This document shows, piece by piece, positions 33,852 through 38,553 of a stretch of DNA of 38,553 nt (position 1 is its first letter; the number at the start of each line of letters is the position of its first letter). The stretch lies in assembly GCA_043826455.1 (NCBI GenBank), contig JBDRQD010000047.1, positions 1-38,553 of the forward strand, given 5' to 3'. The notes under the pieces are model-generated. The model ran no database searches, was not told the origin of the DNA, and was given only the letters and a program-made list of their open reading frames with translations. This stretch comes from Candidatus Bathyarchaeota archaeon. GTDB taxonomy: Archaea > Thermoproteota > Bathyarchaeia > TCS64. Position numbers and translations under genes: made by a program.

Positions 33852-36224
33852 CTATATAGGAGGCCCCATGGGGGGCTCCAGGGGCTTGGTCAGCTTCACC
33901 TGGCCCGGGTTCTCCTCGAAGAGCGTTATCTGGCCCGCCCCATACATGTAGTGGGCCCTCTGCTCGGGCTCCTGGATGCGCTCACCCATGGTGCGGAGGT
34001 AGTCTCCCAGCTCCGAAAGCTTCAGGCTCGCCACGGCGCGGACGGCTGGGGTGGTCTCCATGTTCACTGCCAGCGCCATGAGGTGGTAGAGGGCCACATG
34101 GTCCACAGTCCTCTGGACCTCAGCGTGGTACGGGTTCTTGTGCCTCTCCTTCCAAGTGGCGTCTATGATCTCGTCCAGGGCTTCGGCGAGGCCGGGGGCG
34201 TCAGGCGCTCTGGCGTGGTACTCCACGAGCCTGGCCGCCCTCTCCGGGTGCATGAGCATGCTCAGGGTAATGTTGGCTGCGGTCTCCGCGGCCCCCAGAG
34301 GATCGAAGGGGTGCCCCGTGTGGCCGGGGAACAGGTCCTTGGTCTGGGGGTACCCCTGGGGGCGGGGCGGTATCAGGGATAGTAGCTTCTCATCCAGCGC
34401 TAGCTGAGTTGGAGTGATTGCCTCCAGAAGTGCCTCCAGTGCCCGGCGCTGCTGGTCCCCAGGCACAATCTGGGGGCCCGCCTGCACGTCGCCCCTCAGA
34501 TTGTAGTTGTAGTAGAGGCCCCCCAGGAGGCTGGAGGCGGCCTCCACCTGGTACCTATGGAAGAGGTAGATGGGGACTAGGGTCTCCTCCAGTGACGCCA
34601 TGAGCTCACCCTTCCTTATTCGGCGCTCCGTGAAGCCCCTGAGAGCCACCTCCCTGACCTTCATGACGCGGTGGAGCTCGTCCACGGCGTCCACGCCGTT
34701 GACCCAGGAGGCGGCGTGGGGGTGGGGGCTGCCGGGGCCCGCGTCCTGGCTGGGTGCGAAGAGGAGGCCGCCGGTGAAGGCTTCGCGCAGGATGCCGTCG
34801 AGGGCCGCGTCCTCGTCTACGCCTTCCGGGAAGTCTTGGTACCCATAGGCAACACTGACCTTGTCCCACTCACCGACTCCGGTGTCGTAGGCCTCAGAGA
34901 GGTCCAATCTTCCGTTCTTCACCTTCACCAGGGGAGCAGGGTAGTCCATGACGCTGGCCCTGCTGTTGACGTGGCTGCAGTAGTTGTGGCCCAGGCCTAG
35001 GGTGTGGCCCACCTCGTGGACGCTCAGCTGCCTGATGCGGGCCAGGGCCATCTCCAGCATCTCAGCGCTGTCCGGGTTCTCATCATCGTAGTCGGCAACC
35101 AGGCCCTGGGCTATGAGGAAGTCCTGCCTTATCCTCAGGCTGCAGAGGCTCACGTGGCCCTTGATGATCTCCCCGGTGCGGGGGTCCGTGACGGTGTTGC
35201 CGTAGCTCCAGCCCCTGGTGCTGCGGTGGACCCAGTTGATGACGTTGTAGCGGACGTCCATAGGGTCGGCGTCCTCCGGGAGCAGCTCCACCCTGAAGGC
35301 GTCCCTGTACCCCGCGGCCTCATAGGCCTGGTTCCACCAGGCTGCGCCCTCTATGACGGCACCTCTGATGGGCTCTGGGATGCCCCTGTCCACGTAGTAG
35401 ACTATCGGCTCCACGGGATCGCTTCTCTTGGCTTTCGGGTTCTTCTTTTTGAGGCGGTACCTGCAGATGTAGCGTTTCTCTATGCTCTGGTCCACGGGCG
35501 TGGCGAAGTCCATGTACCTGATTCCGAAGTAGCTGGCCCTGGGGTCATACCTTCGGGGCTTGTAGTCAGCGTCCGGTAGCATCAGGAAGCTGTGGTGCTG
35601 CCTCACGGTGATGATGGTGGGGTCGGGGGCCACGGACTTGATCCAGTCCCCGGGATTCTTGCCCTTGTATGTGAGGATGGCCTCCAGCTCCGTGTTCTTC
35701 GGGAAGGCTCTGCATCGGGGCGGGTACACGGATGACCTCGCCTCGTCTAGCTCGTACTCTCCCTGTTCCTTCTCCTTGAGGCGTGCGGCGACGCTCTTGG
35801 CATCCCTCAGCAGGAACCCTGTGGCATCCACCAGGACCCTGCCCTCTTCCTCGGCCTCCACCTTGAAGCCCCAGTGGACGCTCTGGGCGAAAGCCTCCTC
35901 CACGGACCTCACCTCGTGAGGGTTATCGCTCAGCGCCCTGAAACCATAGTTCACCTGAGTCAGCAGGACCTTGGGGCCGAGCCTCTGAAACTTGACAACG
36001 GACGTGGAGCCTAACTGGTTCCTGTCGAGCCCCACGTCGTTGCTGCCGACGCCCGCAGTGAGGCTATTAACGTAGAGGAGCTCCTCGTCGAAGCGGTCCA
36101 GCTCCAGCCATATCTTTCCCCCCTTCTCGTCCCAGTAGAAGGTGATGTACCCGGGGTGCCTCTCCATGCCCTCAGTCTTCTCGGTTAATGTGACAGGCCT
36201 GACCGGCTCTTTATCTTCACTCAT
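33852..36224 (-). CDS. Zinc-dependent metalloprotease (metzincin; DUF5117/DUF4953-type)
   Basis: HEVGHTLGLGH zinc motif, SVMDY Met-turn, DPRTGEIIKG. Confidence 0.9.
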   Translation of the reverse strand: MSEDKEPVRPVTLTEKTEGMERHPGYITFYWDEKGGKIWLELDRFDEELLYVNSLTAGVGSNDVGLDRNQLGSTSVVKFQRLGPKVLLTQVNYGFRALSDNPHEVRSVEEAFAQSVHWGFKVEAEEEGRVLVDATGFLLRDAKSVAARLKEKEQGEYELDEARSSVYPPRCRAFPKNTELEAILTYKGKNPGDWIKSVAPDPTIITVRQHHSFLMLPDADYKPRRYDPRASYFGIRYMDFATPVDQSIEKRYICRYRLKKKNPKAKRSDPVEPIVYYVDRGIPEPIRGAVIEGAAWWNQAYEAAGYRDAFRVELLPEDADPMDVRYNVINWVHRSTRGWSYGNTVTDPRTGEIIKGHVSLCSLRIRQDFLIAQGLVADYDDENPDSAEMLEMALARIRQLSVHEVGHTLGLGHNYCSHVNSRASVMDYPAPLVKVKNGRLDLSEAYDTGVGEWDKVSVAYGYQDFPEGVDEDAALDGILREAFTGGLLFAPSQDAGPGSPHPHAASWVNGVDAVDELHRVMKVREVALRGFTERRIRKGELMASLEETLVPIYLFHRYQVEAASSLLGGLYYNYNLRGDVQAGPQIVPGDQQRRALEALLEAITPTQLALDEKLLSLIPPRPQGYPQTKDLFPGHTGHPFDPLGAAETAANITLSMLMHPERAARLVEYHARAPDAPGLAEALDEIIDATWKERHKNPYHAEVQRTVDHVALYHLMALAVNMETTPAVRAVASLKLSELGDYLRTMGERIQEPEQRAHYMYGAGQITLFEENPGQVKLTKPLEPPMGPPI

Positions 36225-36282
36225 CGTGGCTCAACTCTGACGGTATGAATCTGGTCAGAGTTGTTAAAAGATCATCGGGGCC

Positions 36283-36549
36283 TCAGCGGCGCGTCTTCTT
36301 GGTGACCATCTCGACGGCGGTGCTGTGGCTGCACTTGCCCTTGTCCCTGTACCCCGGGCAGCTGCAAGCCATCCTGCCGTCGGGTCCCTGGACCACGTTG
36401 TAGGTCCCGTGGTCTCCTATGACGTTGAAGCGGCCGCCGTCCAGGGGCTCTACTCTGCCGTTCCGGACTAGCATCTTGGCCTTCTCTAGCATCCTGATCT
36501 GGTACCGGCTGTACTGTATAGTGGTGCGCCGCATCTCTGATGAAACCAT
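36283..36549 (-). CDS. Small SWIM zinc-finger protein
   Basis: Y.V......CSCPGY...GKCSH (CxC-xn-CxH). Confidence 0.85.
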   Translation of the reverse strand: MVSSEMRRTTIQYSRYQIRMLEKAKMLVRNGRVEPLDGGRFNVIGDHGTYNVVQGPDGRMACSCPGYRDKGKCSHSTAVEMVTKKTRR

Positions 36550-36576
36550 GCCTTCCTGCTATTAATGTTTGGGGGG

Positions 36577-36891
36577 TTAGAGGATTTTCTGTAGGTTGTC
36601 GTGCTCCTGCTGATGGATGATGAGTATCTGTTCCACGTAGTCGCTGATCTCCTGGAGTTCTCTGTCAATGCTCGTGTTGTTCTCCCTTATGTGAGCCAGG
36701 GTGGTCGCCAGCCCCAGCGCCTGGATCTCCGTGGTTAGTTCGTGTAGTTGGAGTATCTGTTCAAGGATTTGCTTATGCCTGTTGTCGGGTAGGTCGTCTA
36801 ACGCGGATTCTATGTCTCTTTGCAGTGCTATGGCTCTACTCTGGAGCCATGTCAGTGTGGTGTTGGTGTCGTTCTGTGGCATGGGTCTCAA
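36577..36891 (-). CDS. Hypothetical all-helical protein
   Basis: 104-aa ORF with heptad-like Leu/Ile/Gln/Glu pattern; TATA-like TTTATAA about 20-25 bp upstream. Confidence 0.6.
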   Translation of the reverse strand: MRPMPQNDTNTTLTWLQSRAIALQRDIESALDDLPDNRHKQILEQILQLHELTTEIQALGLATTLAHIRENNTSIDRELQEISDYVEQILIIHQQEHDNLQKIL

Positions 36892-37040
36892 AAGCTCCGA
36901 TGCGATGAGTTATAAACCTTATTTTCTTGGCGGGATGAGAGCGCGGCCTAACCGATGAGTATGTGGGCCTATGTTATTCTACATCATGATACTTGGGGTA
37001 ACCCTGGTGGTGCACTTAGCGCGGCCACAGAAGTGGGTGG

Positions 37041-38063
37041 CTAAATGCTCTCACTCTTGTAGGCTCGGTCGATGGTTAACTCGGCTATGTCCGCTGCCAG
37101 GTTGCTTACTATGAGGATGTTCTCCCTCAGGTTGATTATATGCGTCAGGACCTGAGAGTCGTCGATCTCGGTGTATCTCGGCAGAGGAGTAATCTTTGAG
37201 TATAGTTTCTCGATCTTGCTTTGCTGATCAATGATGCCGTTTGTGGGCTCCACGTCCATGTATAGATAGCACTCCACAGCCTTGCCGTAGGAGCTGAGGG
37301 CGATCTCGGCGGCCTCGACTAGAATCCTCTGGGCGTCTAAAGGTAGCCGCTCATCGTTCTCTATCATGATCTTTACGCACTCGGCCATGCTGGTTATGTG
37401 GTCGGCCACCCTCTCTATCCTGTGGACCAGTGTCTGGTAGTCCAGGGAGTCGAGGGGGTCCAGGTTGAGCTGGTTAGCCAGATGATAGTTTATTGAGGCG
37501 CTGCGTATGATCCTCAGCACGAGGTACGCCAGCTGGTCGATGTCCTCCTCTAGGGAGATGGCTGACATCACTAGCTCTCTGTCCCACTCCCTCATGGCCT
37601 GGATGGTGTCCCTGAAGAGGGAGTAGGTTATCATATGCATCCTCTCGATGCAGGAGGTGACTGAGGCCTTGGATTCGTCGATGAGGGTCTCAAGCTCTAT
37701 GCTGGCAGCCTCCGACTTGATGACCATCATGTACAGTCTCCTCGACGCCGCGCGGATGGCTGCCTGCTGCTCTCCAGTGAATATCTTGTCGGAGGTCAAC
37801 GTGATGAGGGTGTACCCGTTGAGAAAGGCGCCTATGAGACGCCTGATAACGCTGTCCTCGCTCTCATCGGCCTTGATGCTGAGGGTTATCTTCTTTACCT
37901 CTTCATCAGTCTTGGCTACCGGGTGGATTATGATTGACCCGTTCCGCTGTTGGCTTAGCTGAAGGGTGTCGCCTTTGTCAAGGTTGTAGCTCTTTAACCA
38001 CTCTATTGGCAGGGAGACGACCCTGGAGGATTTTCCCAGGGCCATGATTTTCCTGTACTCCAC
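37041..38063 (-). CDS. phoU: AbrB-PhoU fusion phosphate uptake regulator (archaeal type)
   Basis: N-terminal RKIMALGKSS.VVSLP.EW...L.KGD (AbrB-like); two PhoU repeats with IERVADH. Confidence 0.9.
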   Translation of the reverse strand: MEYRKIMALGKSSRVVSLPIEWLKSYNLDKGDTLQLSQQRNGSIIIHPVAKTDEEVKKITLSIKADESEDSVIRRLIGAFLNGYTLITLTSDKIFTGEQQAAIRAASRRLYMMVIKSEAASIELETLIDESKASVTSCIERMHMITYSLFRDTIQAMREWDRELVMSAISLEEDIDQLAYLVLRIIRSASINYHLANQLNLDPLDSLDYQTLVHRIERVADHITSMAECVKIMIENDERLPLDAQRILVEAAEIALSSYGKAVECYLYMDVEPTNGIIDQQSKIEKLYSKITPLPRYTEIDDSQVLTHIINLRENILIVSNLAADIAELTIDRAYKSESI

Positions 38064-38227
38064 GTCTCTTCATATATATGTTTCTGGATCTGGCTGATAG
38101 CTATATCGGTGGTATTACACCCCCTGATCAATCATATAAAAATATATACACGTATTTGTGTATACATAATATATTACGCCTTTGTATATATTCCGCGTTT
38201 ATTTTACTATATTTACGGAGGTGAAAA

Positions 38228-38553
38228 ATGGTGTCTGCTGTAAAGGAACTAGCCGAGAAGAGCATGGCGAGGGGGGACCGTGTACGCAAGACCTACATGG
38301 GGAAACTGGACGGCGACTACGGGTACCTTGTCATGTCTGACGAGAAGCTTCTCTTCGTGAAGGAGGAGGGCTTCATAAGGAAGAGCCGGAGCGTGGTTCT
38401 CAACCTACCCTACGAGCAGGTTGAGGCTGTGAGGCCTGAGAGCAGGTACGAGCTCTCTATTACCGATAAGGCCGGTAAGAGGCATGGCTTCGTCGTCGAC
38501 AATATCCCTGTGACTGTGATCGAGAAGAGCTTTACCGACATTGTGAAGCCGGG
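38228..38553 (+). CDS. Hypothetical protein, prokaryotic PH-domain-like, truncated by window edge
   Basis: SD GGAGGTGA then ATG 38228; MVSAVKELAEK...GYLVMSDEKLLFVKEEGF...LPYEQVEAV; open to the window end. Confidence 0.75.
   Translation, partial: MVSAVKELAEKSMARGDRVRKTYMGKLDGDYGYLVMSDEKLLFVKEEGFIRKSRSVVLNLPYEQVEAVRPESRYELSITDKAGKRHGFVVDNIPVTVIEKSFTDIVKP

Noticed and set aside
36900..36962. Possible C/D-box sRNA (CGATGA, GGATGA, CCGA)
   Set aside because: Boxes are non-canonical, no CTGA D box is present and no guide target could be identified by eye; the region also holds the TATA box of the 36891 gene.
36971..37114. Small hydrophobic plus-strand ORF MLFYIMILGVTLVVHL...
   Set aside because: Overlaps the phoU 3' end by about 70 nt; no SD or homology support.
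1..38553. Selenocysteine/pyrrolysine read-through, tRNA/rRNA, transposase or integrase
   Set aside because: No gene appears interrupted by an in-frame TGA/TAG with homology continuing past it, and no such RNA or mobility gene was recognised.

Overview
GC-rich archaeal chromosomal window. The evidence is TATA-like boxes about 25-33 bp upstream of many apparently leaderless genes, GGTG Shine-Dalgarno sites inside operons, frequent TTG/GTG starts and an AbrB-PhoU fusion; the gene content is most like Bathyarchaeia (inference). The window is dominated by amino-acid, peptide and cyclic-amide catabolism: a 4-subunit 2-oxoacid:ferredoxin oxidoreductase operon, hydantoinase/oxoprolinase A/B, an allantoinase/dihydroorotase-family enzyme, two D-aminoacylase paralogs, an atypical amidohydrolase, a divergent alanine-racemase-family enzyme head-to-head with a COG2403 (arginine synthetase ArcE-like) ATPase, an M24 peptidase and a metzincin. 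It also holds a TusA-DsrE-DsrEFH-Lrp sulfur-relay operon with a twin palindromic operator, an orphan GlmL-like ATPase with a coupled partner gene, a SelO/kinase-like ORF, two receiver-only regulators (one frameshifted) and a collagen-like membrane protein. No rRNA, tRNA, CRISPR array, transposase or integrase was found. The most unusual signals are non-genic. Three C/A-skewed intergenic regions (about 15.1-15.4, 21.4-21.5 and 31.4-31.6 kb) share two repeated modules: a 51-bp unit that reads as a conserved 16-codon minus-strand ORF, and a 7-3-7 palindrome whose variant copy differs only by compensatory changes. Two genes also appear to start at ACG. All product calls come from motif recognition by eye; no database searches were run.
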